DNA of 20,000 nt, from positions 7,195,722 through 7,215,721 of the forward strand of contig NC_057757.1 in assembly GCF_004010195.1 (NCBI RefSeq), read 5' to 3'. This DNA comes from Chiloscyllium plagiosum. Taxonomy: Eukaryota. This document shows positions 19,153-20,000 of the stretch, one piece after another; the stretch's first letter is position 1, and each line of letters opens with the position of its first letter. Both the position numbers and the translations under genes were made by a program. The notes beneath the pieces were generated by a model. That model was not told where the DNA came from. It saw only the letters and a list, made by a program, of their open reading frames with translations, and did not search any database.

Positions 19153-19794
19153 CTTTTGCTTTACCTGAAACTTCCCTATTTATAGTATCTGTAATAATCT
19201 TTAGTGTATGACAGGGTGGCCAGGACACTGGTCCAAGTCCAGTTGAAGTGGATTTGAACAGAGTACACACTTCATCACTAAAACCCTACACTCCCATCCC
19301 ATTCCATTCTTTGAACCCATTCTCCATCTACAGCCCATGTCCAAGAATTCAATCCTGGCCAGCCCCTCAGCCTGCGTAGAGACAGGAAGAAGCAGGGGCT
19401 GTTTTGATGTTACATGTTGGGCACTTTTCCCCTGTTCCACATTGACAGAAGTTATGGTGTTCTCTCGTGAAACAGCCTTCATCAAAGTAGCACATCTGGA
19501 CGCCTAGCTGGGGGCATTTATTTTTGCATTTTACAAGCAAGTGCTGAAATCATTAACATGTGCATTAAGGGGAACTGAAAAGGATTTTGAACTGGCCACA
19601 GAGTCAGTCGCAATGTCAAGGGAAATGGGAGGAGGAGGATGAGGCTTTAATGACTGTCCTCAGAAAGTTGGCCACGTGCGAGGGAGTGAGAGGCGGAGAA
19701 GGGGTAAAATATTAATGAGTACATAAAGCCCAGGAAAAGAAGGAGGGATGGAATAAATGGGCCTGAGATAAGGGGATTGACAGGGTGGGTGACG

Positions 19795-20000
19795 GGGAAT
19801 AATGGAGTCAGTGGGAGGAAGTATAATGGGGTCAGTGAGAGCGGGAATAATGGTGCTGGTGATGGGAACAATGGGTTTTTAGAGAGGAGGAATAAAGGGA
19901 TCGGTGAGAGGGCAATAATGGGTTCGGTGAGAGGGACATGATGGGGTCGGTGAGAGGAGTAATGGGGTTGTGAGAGGGAAAAATGGGGTCGTGAGATGGG
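19795..20000. repeat. G-rich minisatellite, unit about 21-25 bp (GGGAATAATGGGGTCGGTGAGA-like), running off the window end
   Basis: About nine diverged units are directly visible. Confidence 0.85.

Noticed and set aside
19165..19371. Minus-strand segment bounded by a good acceptor and a CAG|GTAAAG donor
   Set aside because: All three frames contain stops; at best a non-coding exon, which sequence alone cannot support.

Overview
Repeat-rich vertebrate genomic DNA, most likely a shark or ray; this is inferred from the HE1-like SINEs, CR1 LINEs and a shark-type GPR139-like pseudogene. The window contains no intact multi-exon gene, and most short ORFs in the track are transposon fragments or their antisense frames. 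Host-gene pieces are: a CpG-island promoter and first exon on the minus strand (AAGATGGCG|GTGAGT, with CHR, MYB, E-box and E2F motifs); an isolated terminal exon of a lipoxygenase whose stop codon is lost by a 1-nt shift; a degenerate tRNA-Gln(CTG); and a frameshifted GPR139-like GPCR exon. Mobile DNA includes many CR1 fragments, an L2/CR1-group LINE, tRNA-derived SINEs, two probable solo LTRs, a MITE, and a Gypsy relic with integrase upstream of RT (Gmr1-like) interrupted by a Penelope-like GIY-YIG element. The strongest hidden signal is six minimal hammerhead-ribozyme motifs in Penelope terminal repeats from three families. One has an intact catalytic core, helix I covaries between copies, and several copies are short ORF-less insertions. 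Hammerheads in Penelope-like elements are a known class, so this is not claimed as a new system. Repeat boundaries were read by eye and are approximate.
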